Shown here: positions 10,862-19,084 of the stretch, piece by piece
How the letters are laid out: each line of letters begins with the position of its first letter
How positions within the stretch are numbered: position 1 is the stretch's first letter
Origin: an uncultured Thermoleophilia bacterium
GTDB taxonomy: Bacteria; Actinomycetota; Thermoleophilia; Gaiellales; Gaiellaceae
NCBI GenBank assembly: GCA_963774355.1
Contig: CAVZER010000008.1
Span: 28,930-92,929, forward strand
Reading direction: 5' to 3'
DNA: 64,000 nt
The notes under the pieces: model-generated
Database searches by the model: none
The model's input: the letters and a program-made list of their open reading frames with translations, nothing else
What the model was told of the DNA's origin: nothing
Program-made: the position numbers and the translations under genes

Positions 10862-11756
10862 ATGGCTTCAAAGCTTGACGGCATCCATCACGTCACCTGC
10901 ATCACCGGCGACGCGCCGCAGAACGTCGAGTTCTACGCGCACACGCTCGGGCTGCGGATGGTCAAGAAGACGGTCAACCAGGACGACCCGACCGTCTACC
11001 ACCTCTTCTACGCGGACGAGCGCGGCTCGGCGGGCGCCGACATCACGTTCTTCGAGTACCCGGGCGTGCCGCGGGGCCTCGCCGGCGACGGGATGGTCCA
11101 TCGAATCGTCTTCCGCGTCGGCTCCGACGACGCGCTCGACTTCTGGGAGGCGCGCGTCGGCGGGACGCGGACACGACGGCTCGCTCGTGTTCGACGATCC
11201 GGAAGGGCTCACGCTCGAGCTCGCGATCGACACCTCCGGCAACGAGCCGCTCGTCGCATCGCATCCCGAGATCCCCGAGGAGCATGCGCTGCGCGGTTTC
11301 GCAGGCGTTCGCGCGTACGCGTCGGAGCCCGAGACCAGCGCGCGGTTCCTGTCGTCGCTCGGCTTCGAGCCCGGCTGGAGCTCGCGCGGGAACGACCGCG
11401 AAGGGTTCTACGTCTACGACGAACCGCCCGCAACGGCGCCGCGGCAGGGCGCCGGCACCGTCCATCACGTCGCCTGGGCCGCACCGACCGACGAGCATGC
11501 AGCCTGGGTGCAGCGTGTCGCGCAGGCCGGCGGGCGGCCGACACCCGTGATCGACCGCTTCTGGTTCCGCTCGATCTACTTCCGCGAGCCGAGCGGCGTG
11601 CTGTTCGAGATCGCATCGCTCGGACCGGGCTTCCAGGTCGACGAGGACCCGGAGCACCTCGGCGAGAAGCTGATCCTGCCGCCGGCGTACGAGCACCTTC
11701 GTGCAGAGATCGAGCCGCGGCTGACGCCGCTGCCGAACCCGCGCGAGCTCGTGTGA
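10862..11756 (+). pseudogene. ring-cleaving dioxygenase / glyoxalase (VOC) family protein, frame broken near 11160-11165
   Basis: N-terminal part MASKLDGIHHVTCITGDAPQNVEFYAHTLGLRMVKKTVNQDDPTVYHLFYADE...ALDFWEARVGG. It continues in another frame as HDGSLVFDDPEGLTLELAID...HHVAW...IYFREPSGVLFEIA. The span is 895 nt (3n+1), and a GGG run at 11162-11164 is the likely site. Confidence 0.8.
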
Positions 11757-12373
11757 CCGTCCGCGAGCGCCCGGCGTCCGGCGAGGCCGAGGGCGCGCTC
11801 GTCCTCTTCCACGGGCGCGGCGCCGACGAGAACGACCTCTTCCCGCTGCTCGACGCGCTCGATCCGGAGCGCCGGCTGCACGGCTACACACCGCGCGGAC
11901 CGCTGCACCTCCCGCCGGGCGGCGCGCACTGGTACATCGTCCCGCGGGTCGGCTTCCCCGACCCCGCCACGTTCCATGCGTCGTACGACGAGCTGTCTGC
12001 ATGGCTCGACGCGCTCCCGCACGAGCGAATCGTGCTCGGCGGGTTCTCGCAGGGCGCGGTGATGTCGTACGCACTGTCCCTCGGACGCGGGCGCCGCCGA
12101 CCCGAGGCGATCCTCGCTTTCTCGGGGTTCGTCCCGCAGGTCGACGGCTTCGAGCTCGACCTCGACCCCCCGCTCCCGCCGGTCACGATCGCACACGGGA
12201 CGCTCGATCCCGTGATCCCGGTGGCATTCGGCCGGGCCGCACGCGACCTGCTCGTCGCCGCGGGCGCCGACGTCGCCTACCGCGAATCGGAGATTCCGCA
12301 CACGATCGACCCGCGCGCGGTCGACGACGCACGACGGCGCCTCGGCGAGGCGCTCGCTACGAGAAGCGCCTGA
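11753..12373 (+). CDS. phospholipase/carboxylesterase-family alpha/beta hydrolase
   Basis: GTG at 11753 overlaps the upstream stop (GTGTGA). LVLFHGRGADENDL...GGFSQGAVMS...HGTLDPVIP fits the esterase catalytic-triad layout. Confidence 0.8.
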   Translation: MTVRERPASGEAEGALVLFHGRGADENDLFPLLDALDPERRLHGYTPRGPLHLPPGGAHWYIVPRVGFPDPATFHASYDELSAWLDALPHERIVLGGFSQGAVMSYALSLGRGRRRPEAILAFSGFVPQVDGFELDLDPPLPPVTIAHGTLDPVIPVAFGRAARDLLVAAGADVAYRESEIPHTIDPRAVDDARRRLGEALATRSA

Positions 12374-12815
12374 TCATCGTCAGCGCACCGTGCTCGTGAC
12401 CGACCTGCGTGAAGCCGTTGCGCTCGTAGAACGCGACCGCCGGCGACTCGTCCTCGACGCTGAGCGACACCGCCTGGTGCCCGGCCGCGCGTGCCTGCTC
12501 GAGCAGCGAGTCGAGCAACTCCTGGCCGACGCCGTGGTGGCGGCGTGACGGCACCACCGCGATCGTCAGCTCCGGCGTCTGCCCGTCGACGAAGCCGTAC
12601 CCCGGTGAGGCGGCGGTGAAGCGACGGAGCCACGCTGCGCCGATCGGGTGCCCGGCCTCCATCGCGATCAGCGCGAGGTCGTCTGAGCGGCCCCAGTTCT
12701 CGGTGTAGCGCGAGAGCGGTATCTCGTCGTCGAATCCTGCGACGCGCCAGTGATAGGCATGGGTGAGCATCGACTTCATGAACGTGACGTCGGCGTGGGA
12801 GCCGCGACGAACCAT
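12357..12815 (-). CDS. GNAT-family N-acetyltransferase
   Basis: 152 aa; RRHHGVGQELL...AFYERNGF acetyl-CoA-binding motif. Confidence 0.8.
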   Translation of the reverse strand: MVRRGSHADVTFMKSMLTHAYHWRVAGFDDEIPLSRYTENWGRSDDLALIAMEAGHPIGAAWLRRFTAASPGYGFVDGQTPELTIAVVPSRRHHGVGQELLDSLLEQARAAGHQAVSLSVEDESPAVAFYERNGFTQVGHEHGALTMIRRFS

Positions 12816-13689
12816 CGTCGGCCTACAAGGCGAGCGCGGGCTCTTCGACGAGCTGCTTCACGGTACGGAGGAAGTCGGCCCCGCCGGCGCCGTCGACGGC
12901 GCGGTGGTCGACGGTGAGGGTCATGGTCATCATCGGCCGCACGACGAGCTCGCCGTCGACGACGACCGGACGGTCCTCGGTGGAGCCGACCGCGAGGATC
13001 GCAGCCTGCGGCGGGTTCAGCACCGCAACGAACTGCTCGATGCCGAACATGCCGAGGTTGGAGATGGTGAACGTCCCGCCTTCGAGATCGCCCGCGATCA
13101 GCTTGTTCGATCGAGCCCGCTCGACGACCTCAGCGCGCGCGCGGGCGACGTCGGACAGCGAACGCAGCTCGACGCTCGAGATCACGGGCACGACGAGACC
13201 CTGCGGCGCGGCGACGGCGATGCCGATGTTCGCCGTCGGATACCGCAGCAGCGAGTCCTCGTGGTAGGCCACGTTGACGTCGCGGTGGCGCTTGAGGCCG
13301 GCTGCGCAGACCTTCGCCAGCACATCGGTGACGGTGACGCGCACATCGGGGTCGAGCGCGCGCGCCTTCGCGATGAGCTCATTCGTCCGCGTCATGTCGG
13401 CGCTCACCGTGAGCTGGAAGACGGGTGCCTGCCATGCCGCAGTGAGGCGACGCGCGATCGTCTTGCGCACCTTTGTCAGCGGCACCGTTTCGACCTCGCC
13501 GGAGACCACCGGCGCAGGCGCGGATGCGGGCGCGGCGGCGGGAGCCGTGGCGGCCCCGCGCTCGACGTCCTCGGCGACGATGCGGCCGTCGGGGCCGGTG
13601 CCACGGAGCGAGGAGAGATCGACGCCGCGCTCGCGCGCGAGCCGGCGCGCGAGCGGCGAGGCCTTCACGCGGCCGCCGTTCGAGGAACT

Positions 13690-13717
13690 GGTGCCTGGCA
13701 CCTCGGTGCCAGGCACC
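13690..13717. repeat. 28-nt palindromic repeat GGTGCCTGGCACC-tc-GGTGCCAGGCACC, inside the E2 linker
   Basis: Perfect copy. In the downstream E2 frame it is translated as VPGTEVPGT. Confidence 0.9.
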
Positions 13718-13759
13718 GGGCTCGAGGGCGGGCGCGGCCGGGGCCGGGGCCGCAGAGCT

Positions 13760-13787
13760 GGTGCCTGGCACCTTGGTGACAGGCACC
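13760..13787. repeat. 28-nt palindromic repeat copy (one mismatch), inside the E2 linker
   Basis: GGTGCCTGGCACC-tt-GGTGaCAGGCACC, 70 nt from the copy at 13690. Translated as PVTKVPGT in the lipoyl-domain frame. Confidence 0.9.
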
Positions 13788-14051
13788 GGAGCGGCGACCT
13801 CTTCGCCCGCCTCTCCGATCCAGGCGATCGTCTCGCCGACCGGCGCCTCGCCCTCGGGCAGCGCGATCTTGAGCAGGACGCCGGCGAAGTCGGACTCGAC
13901 CTCCTGCGTCACCTTGTCGGTGTCGATCTCGTAGAGCGGCTCGCCCTTCGCGACCTCGTCGCCCTCCGACTTCAGCCAGCGCGTCACCGTGCCGGCCTCC
14001 ATGCCTTGACCGAGCCGCGGGAGCTTGACCTCGTTCGCCACGGCTACGAGC

Positions 14052-15029
14052 CTACTTCCCGACCGTGCGCCTGATCGCAGCGAGCACGTCGGCAACCTGC
14101 GGGACGACGAACTGTTCCATCACCGGCGCGAACGCGAGCGGCGCGAACTTCGACCCGACCCGCTCGATCGGCGCATCGAGCCAGTCGAACGCCTGGTACT
14201 GCAGCACGGCCGCGACCTCGGCGCCGAAGCCCATCCGCGTGACCGCCTCGTGCGCGATCACGGCGCGATTCGTCTTCTTCACGCTCGCAACGAGCCCATC
14301 CTCGTCGAGCGGCTGCAGCGTCCGCGGATCGACGACCTCGACGGAGATACCGTCGGCCTGCGCCTCGTCCGCCGCCTTGAGCGCGTGATGGACGAGCGGG
14401 CCGGTGGCGATCACGGTGACGTCGGAGCCCTCGCGAAGAACACGCGCCTTGCCGAGCGGGATCGGCTCGAGCTCCTCGGGCACCTCGCCTTTCACCGGAT
14501 AGAGCAGCCGGTGCTCGAAGACGATCACCGGGTTGTCGTCGTAGATCGCCGACCACAGCAGGCCGCGGACATCCTCGGGCGTCGACGGAAACACGACCTT
14601 GAGCCCCGGCACGTGCACGAGCCACGCTTCGAGCTGCTGGGCATGCTGCGCGCCCGGCGACCAGCCTGCGCCGCCCTGCGTCCTGATCGTGAGTGGGATC
14701 TTGAGCTGGCCACCCGACATGTAGCGGTGCTTGGCGGCCTGGTTGACGATCTGCTCGAGCGAGAGCGTCAGGAAGTCCTCGTACATGATCTCGACGATCG
14801 GCCGCATCCCCGCCATCGCAGCGCCGATGCCGGCGCCCACGATCGCCATCTCGGAGATCGGCGTGTTGCGCACGCGCTCGGGGCCGAACTCGTCGAGCAG
14901 CCCCTGCGTGACGCCCATCGAGCCGCCCATCTCGGCGATGTCCTCGCCCATGATGAAGACGTCGTCGTCGCGCCGCAGCGCGGTGCCGAGCGCGTCGCGA
15001 ACTGCCTCGCGATAGGTGAGCTCAGGCAT
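14052..15029 (-). CDS. 2-oxoacid (pyruvate/acetoin/branched-chain) dehydrogenase E1 beta subunit
   Basis: MPELTYREAVRDALGTALRRDDDVFIMGEDI... transketolase-like pyrimidine-binding and C-terminal domains. The ATG at 15029 overlaps the E1alpha stop by 8 nt. Confidence 0.9.
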   Translation of the reverse strand: MPELTYREAVRDALGTALRRDDDVFIMGEDIAEMGGSMGVTQGLLDEFGPERVRNTPISEMAIVGAGIGAAMAGMRPIVEIMYEDFLTLSLEQIVNQAAKHRYMSGGQLKIPLTIRTQGGAGWSPGAQHAQQLEAWLVHVPGLKVVFPSTPEDVRGLLWSAIYDDNPVIVFEHRLLYPVKGEVPEELEPIPLGKARVLREGSDVTVIATGPLVHHALKAADEAQADGISVEVVDPRTLQPLDEDGLVASVKKTNRAVIAHEAVTRMGFGAEVAAVLQYQAFDWLDAPIERVGSKFAPLAFAPVMEQFVVPQVADVLAAIRRTVGK

Positions 15030-15993
15030 AGACGTTCTTGAGAGCGTCTTCCGGCTGGGGGTCGGTGCCGTTCTTCGCGAACTCGACGGCTGCGTCGACG
15101 ACGCCGACCGCCTCGTCGTCCAGCGTCTGGAACTCGTCGTCGGACAACCCGAGGCGGGCGCGGAGCCGCGGGATCGGGTCGTGCTCGGCCGCATCCTCGC
15201 GATCCTCCTTCGAGCGGTACACCTGCGGGTCGCCGATGTAGTGGCCGTGCATGCGGTACACGCGCACGTCGAGGAAGACCGGGCCCCGTCCATCGCGCGC
15301 CCACTCGAGCGCGTCGAGCGCCGCCTCGTGGACCGCCTCGACGTCCTGGCCGTCGACCTTGCGCGAGCGCATGTCGTAGGCAAGCGCGCGCTTGCTCATG
15401 TCGTCCCAGACCGGTGAGTGCTGCCAGCCGGGCGTCGATTCCGCCCAGTGGTTGTTCTCGCAGACGAACACGGTCTTCGTCCGCCACAGCTGCGCCAGGT
15501 TGAGCGACTCGTGGAACGTCCCGATGTTCGTCGTCCCGTCGCCGAAGAACGCGACGGCGACGCGCGGCTCGTCGCGCAGCCGGAACGCGAGCCCCGCACC
15601 CGTGACCGCGGGCAGGCCGCCGCCGATGACGGCGTTCGCGCCGTAGTTGCCGCGTTCGACGTCGTAGAGGTGCATCGAGCCGCCGTAGCCGTGCGAGCAG
15701 CCCTCGATCTTCCCGTAGAGCTCTGCCATCACGTTGTTCGGATGCGTGCCGCGCGCGAGCGTGTGACCGTGCGCGCGATGCGTCGAGGCGAAGATGTCGC
15801 CCTCCTCCATCGCCTGGCAGACCCCGACAGCGGTCGCCTCCTGCCCGATCGCGACGTGCAGGAATCCGGGGAGCTCACCGGCGCGGAAACGCTCCTCTAC
15901 TCGCTCCTCGAAGCGGCGGATCAGCAGCATCTCCCGCAGGAACTCGCGTAGCGTCTCTTCTCCGAGCGCGCGCCTCTTCTCGACCTTGGCCAC
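15022..15993 (-). CDS. 2-oxoacid dehydrogenase E1 alpha subunit (ThDP-dependent)
   Basis: LLIRRFEERV...GFLHVAIGQEA...GDGTTNIGTFHESLNLA...ENNHWA ThDP motif. I chose the GTG at 15993 (VAKVEKRR). The annotated ORF extends further upstream without family-like sequence. Confidence 0.85.
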   Translation of the reverse strand: MAKVEKRRALGEETLREFLREMLLIRRFEERVEERFRAGELPGFLHVAIGQEATAVGVCQAMEEGDIFASTHRAHGHTLARGTHPNNVMAELYGKIEGCSHGYGGSMHLYDVERGNYGANAVIGGGLPAVTGAGLAFRLRDEPRVAVAFFGDGTTNIGTFHESLNLAQLWRTKTVFVCENNHWAESTPGWQHSPVWDDMSKRALAYDMRSRKVDGQDVEAVHEAALDALEWARDGRGPVFLDVRVYRMHGHYIGDPQVYRSKEDREDAAEHDPIPRLRARLGLSDDEFQTLDDEAVGVVDAAVEFAKNGTDPQPEDALKNVYA

Positions 15994-16018
15994 GGAAGGG
16001 CAGTGTACGTTTTGCGCC

Positions 16019-16669
16019 GTGAGCCTCGCCGGTGACTGGGCCAGACTGCAGGGCGTGCTGCCGCAGGGCTGGTCGCGCGCCGAGCTCCGTCTGACCGCCG
16101 CCGACGAAGGAGCGGCCGGCCGCGCCGCCGCGTTCCTCGCGCCCGCGCAGCCGTTCAGGCCGTCGCCGAACGTCTTGCGCTTCGCCTCGTCCCGCGACGG
16201 CAGCGCGGCGAGCCCCGACGGCCTCACCCGCCTCCTGCGACGGCTCGACGAGGAGCGGATCCGCGGCCACCTCGAACTGGCCGACACGACCTCGCCGGCG
16301 GCTCTCGAGGAGGTGCCCGAGCCGACCCTCTCGCTCGTCGAGTCGTGGCAGGCCGCGCTGGCCGGGGTGCCGCCCGACTGGAGCGATCTCTACGCGGAGC
16401 TGCGGCTCAGCTCGAGCGACTACATCGACCCGGGTGCGGTGCTGCTGGCCCCGATCAACCCGCGGCGCGACGGCACGCGCCTCGCACTGCGCTTCCGCGC
16501 GGCGCGCCTGGCCGGCTACGGCGCCTCGGCCGGCATGGTCGAGCGCTGCCTCGAGCGCTGCGACGGCATGGGCATGGAGGGGTCGCTCGAGGTCTTGCGC
16601 GTCCTGAGCGACACGCGCCTGGTCGGGACGCAGGGCCCGACGTGGCTCGTCTCGGGCTCGAACGTCTGA
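16019..16669 (+). CDS. hypothetical protein built from two tandem ~95-aa repeats
   Basis: GTG at 16019. The halves align as W..L.GV.P.WS....ELRL...LAP..P.R...LRF...G.S...L.R.D...G.LE. No family recognised. Confidence 0.5.
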   Translation: MSLAGDWARLQGVLPQGWSRAELRLTAADEGAAGRAAAFLAPAQPFRPSPNVLRFASSRDGSAASPDGLTRLLRRLDEERIRGHLELADTTSPAALEEVPEPTLSLVESWQAALAGVPPDWSDLYAELRLSSSDYIDPGAVLLAPINPRRDGTRLALRFRAARLAGYGASAGMVERCLERCDGMGMEGSLEVLRVLSDTRLVGTQGPTWLVSGSNV

Positions 16670-16938
16670 TGAGCCCCCACCCCGTCTCCTGGTTCCTGAT
16701 CGAACCGGGCTGGCGTGTGCAGGGCTCCGACGGCGGCGAGCTCGGGAGCGTCGAAGAGGTGCTCGGCGACCGGGACGAGGACGTCTTCGACGGGCTCTCC
16801 GTGGTCGCCGGCCTCGGCGGACGGCCGCACTACGTCCCGGCCGAGCACGTGGCGTCGATTGCGAGCGACGGGGCCGTCACGCTGGTCATCGACCACGACG
16901 CGTTCGAACAGCTCCCCGAGCCGGGCCGCCGGCCCTGA
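16669..16938 (+). CDS. PRC-barrel-like / DUF2171-type small protein
   Basis: The ATG overlaps the upstream stop (TGATG). WRVQGSDGGELGSVEEVLGD...HYVPAEHVASIASDGAVTL matches the PRC-barrel pattern. Confidence 0.6.
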   Translation: MSPHPVSWFLIEPGWRVQGSDGGELGSVEEVLGDRDEDVFDGLSVVAGLGGRPHYVPAEHVASIASDGAVTLVIDHDAFEQLPEPGRRP

Positions 16939-16988
16939 CCGACGCACTCGCCCAGTCTGCGGCGATCCGCGCCGGCGAGCTGACGCCG

Positions 16989-18299
16989 GTGGAGGCGGCC
17001 GAGGGCGCGATCGCGCGCATCGAGGCTGCGAACCCGAAGCTCAACTTCCTCGTCACCGACTGCTTCGAGCAGGCGCTCGAGACGGCGCGCGCGCCGCTTC
17101 CACAGGGGCCGTTCACGGGCGTGCCGATCCTCGTGAAGGACTTGACCGAGACCGCGGGCGTGCGCACGACGTTCTCGTCGCGTGCGTTCGCCGACTACGT
17201 GCCGGAGGCCGATGCGGCGGTGGTGCGGCGGATGAAGGAGGCCGGCTTCGTGGTGCTCGGCAAGTCGAACACGCCCGAGTTCGGGATCACCGCCGTGACC
17301 GAGTCGGATCTGAACGGGGCGTGCCGGAACCCGTGGGACACGGAGCGCACGCCGGGAGGCTCGTCGGGAGGTGCGGCGGCCGCGGTCGCCGCCGGCGTTC
17401 TGGCGCTCGCGCACGGCTCGGACGGCGGCGGCTCGCTCCGCATCCCCGCCGCGTGCTGCGGCCTCTTCGGCTTCAAGCCGTCACGCGGGCGCGTCTCGCC
17501 CGCGCCGTACGTCAGCGGCTCGCTCGAGTTCTCGCAGAACGGCCCGGTGTCGGTGACCGTGCGCGACGCCGCCGCGTTCCTCGACGTGCTCGCCGGGTAC
17601 GAGTGGGGCGACGCGAACGTGCTGCCGCCGCCCGAGCGCCCGTTCGTCGAGGAGGTCGGGCGGGATCCGGGCCGGTTGCGGATCGCGTTCACCGACGTGC
17701 CGCCGATCCCGCACCCGGTCGATGCGAGCGCCGTCGCCGTCGCACGCGCAGCCGCCGACGCGCTGACTGCGCTCGGCCACGATGTCGTCGAGCAGACGCC
17801 GCCCTGGCGCGACGACAACCTGCTCCGCGCGTTCGCGGTGCTCTGGCAGACGTCGCCGGCGCTCTTCCCCGTGCGAGACCGCTCCCTCCTGATGCCGCTC
17901 AACCGCGTGCTTGCCGAGTCGGCCGACCGGACGTCGAGCGTCCGCCTGGCCGAGGCGACGGTCGCGCTGCAGCGCGCCGCGAGGCAGGTGGTCGCCTTCT
18001 GGCAGCACGTCGACGTCGTCCTGACCCCGGCGCTTGCGATGCCGCCTGTGCCGATCGGCTGGATCTTCGAGCCCGACGACCCCTGGGAGCAGTTCGCCCG
18101 CGGCGGCCAGTTCACGCCGTTCACACCGATCGTCAACGTGACGGGACAGCCGGCCGTCTGCGTCCCGTTCGACGTCGTCGACGGTCTGCCCGTCGGGATC
18201 CAGCTGATCGGCCCGCCGGTCGGCGAGGCGTTGCTGTTCCGGCTCGCGGCTCAGCTCGAGCAGGCGCATCCCTGGGCCGACCGGCTCCCGCGTTCCTGA
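16989..18299 (+). CDS. amidase (amidase-signature family)
   Basis: GVPILVKDL...GGSSGGAAAAVAAG...GSDGGGSLRIPA signature. Family-like sequence (LTDALAQSAAIRAGELTP) continues in frame upstream to a CTG at 16935, with no ATG/GTG/TTG available there. Confidence 0.85.
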   Translation: MEAAEGAIARIEAANPKLNFLVTDCFEQALETARAPLPQGPFTGVPILVKDLTETAGVRTTFSSRAFADYVPEADAAVVRRMKEAGFVVLGKSNTPEFGITAVTESDLNGACRNPWDTERTPGGSSGGAAAAVAAGVLALAHGSDGGGSLRIPAACCGLFGFKPSRGRVSPAPYVSGSLEFSQNGPVSVTVRDAAAFLDVLAGYEWGDANVLPPPERPFVEEVGRDPGRLRIAFTDVPPIPHPVDASAVAVARAAADALTALGHDVVEQTPPWRDDNLLRAFAVLWQTSPALFPVRDRSLLMPLNRVLAESADRTSSVRLAEATVALQRAARQVVAFWQHVDVVLTPALAMPPVPIGWIFEPDDPWEQFARGGQFTPFTPIVNVTGQPAVCVPFDVVDGLPVGIQLIGPPVGEALLFRLAAQLEQAHPWADRLPRS

Positions 18300-18327
18300 G
18301 CGCGCCGGGTCCGGAATACTCTCGGCC

Positions 18328-18750
18328 ATGTCCGAACCGGCACAAGAGCCGAAGCCCCGCGGCCTGAGGGTGGTCGCGCCCCGCCGCGGGCTGATCGCCT
18401 CGTTCAAGCGCACGGCCGAACGCGCCCAAGCATTTGTCCGGCTCGAGCGCGAGCTCGCCACGACCGAGCTGAAGAAGAAGCTTCAGACGATGGGCGTCGG
18501 CGCCGGCCTCGGCCTGGTCGCGATCTTCTTCCTCTTCTTCGGCCTGATGTTCATGTTCGCAACGATCGCCGCCGGGCTGGCGACATTCCTTCCGGTCTGG
18601 GCCTCGCTGCTGATCGTGACGGTGGGGCTGTTCATCCTGTGCGCACTCTTCCTGCTGCTCGCGCGCGGGCGCTTCCGTGAGGCTTCGCCGCTCGTCCCCG
18701 AGGCCGCGATCAGAGAGGCGAAGCTCGCGGCGGAGGCGCTCAAGCGCTGA
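18328..18750 (+). CDS. Holin-X-like (phage holin 3_6 family) membrane protein
   Basis: 140 aa; LERELATTELKKK followed by two TM helices. This architecture is typical of the actinobacterial Holin-X family. Confidence 0.65.
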   Translation: MSEPAQEPKPRGLRVVAPRRGLIASFKRTAERAQAFVRLERELATTELKKKLQTMGVGAGLGLVAIFFLFFGLMFMFATIAAGLATFLPVWASLLIVTVGLFILCALFLLLARGRFREASPLVPEAAIREAKLAAEALKR

Positions 18751-19040
18751 TGCCCTTGGAGCGGACACCCGAGCAGATCAACCAGGAGCTCAATGCTGAG
18801 CGGACCGAGTTCGTCGACGCCGTCGGCGAGCTTCGTGTCTCGGTCGAAGAGACGCGCGCCAAGGTGAACGCCGTCAAGCGCAAGCTGCCGTTCATCGTCG
18901 CCGGCACGACCGCGGCCGCCTTCGTCGTCGCGAGCGGCCTGGGGGCGACCTTCCGGTTGTTCGCCGGTCGCCGTGGCACGCCGACCACCGAGCGGTGGCG
19001 GCTCGGCCGCTGGTCGCTCAACGAGGACGACGACGACTGA
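18750..19040 (+). CDS. DUF3618-like protein
   Basis: TPEQINQELNAERTEFVDAVGELR followed by one TM helix. The start overlaps the upstream stop (TGATG). This family commonly sits next to Holin-X genes. Confidence 0.6.
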   Translation: MPLERTPEQINQELNAERTEFVDAVGELRVSVEETRAKVNAVKRKLPFIVAGTTAAAFVVASGLGATFRLFAGRRGTPTTERWRLGRWSLNEDDDD

Positions 19041-19046
19041 AGGATC

Positions 19047-19074
19047 GGTGCCTGGCACCAAGGTGCCAGGGACC
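19047..19074. repeat. 28-nt palindromic repeat copy (one mismatch), convergent spacer upstream gene/pheT
   Basis: GGTGCCTGGCACC-aa-GGTGCCAGGgACC between stop codons at 19040 and 19085. It is positioned like a bidirectional terminator hairpin. Confidence 0.85.
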
Positions 19075-19084
19075 AGGTCTTCGC

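Larger units (their letters stand above)
12823..14041 (-). pseudogene. dihydrolipoamide acyltransferase (E2) of a 2-oxoacid dehydrogenase complex, frame broken near 13718-13720
   Basis: The lipoyl domain (GTVTRWLKSEGDEVAKGEPLYEIDTDKV) starts at GTG 14041. The subunit-binding domain (KASPLARRLARERGVDL) and catalytic domain (TVDHRAVDGA) are ORF 12823-13716 in a different frame. The span is 1219 nt (3n+1). Removing one base from the run at 13718-13720 gives a continuous ...AAPALEPVPGTEVPGTSSSNGGRVKASPLA. Confidence 0.85.

Noticed and set aside
13690-13787. CRISPR array or other spacer-repeat locus formed by the GGTGCC palindromes.
   Set aside because: Only two copies are adjacent and they lie inside a coding linker. 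The other copies are scattered singly. Repeat units are separated by 2 nt, not by spacer-length sequence, and no cas genes are present.
18328-19040. Prophage or lysis cassette, because of the holin-family annotation.
   Set aside because: The Holin-X/DUF3618 pair is a common chromosomal actinobacterial gene pair. No endolysin, capsid, tail, terminase or integrase genes lie nearby, and the GC content matches the core genome.
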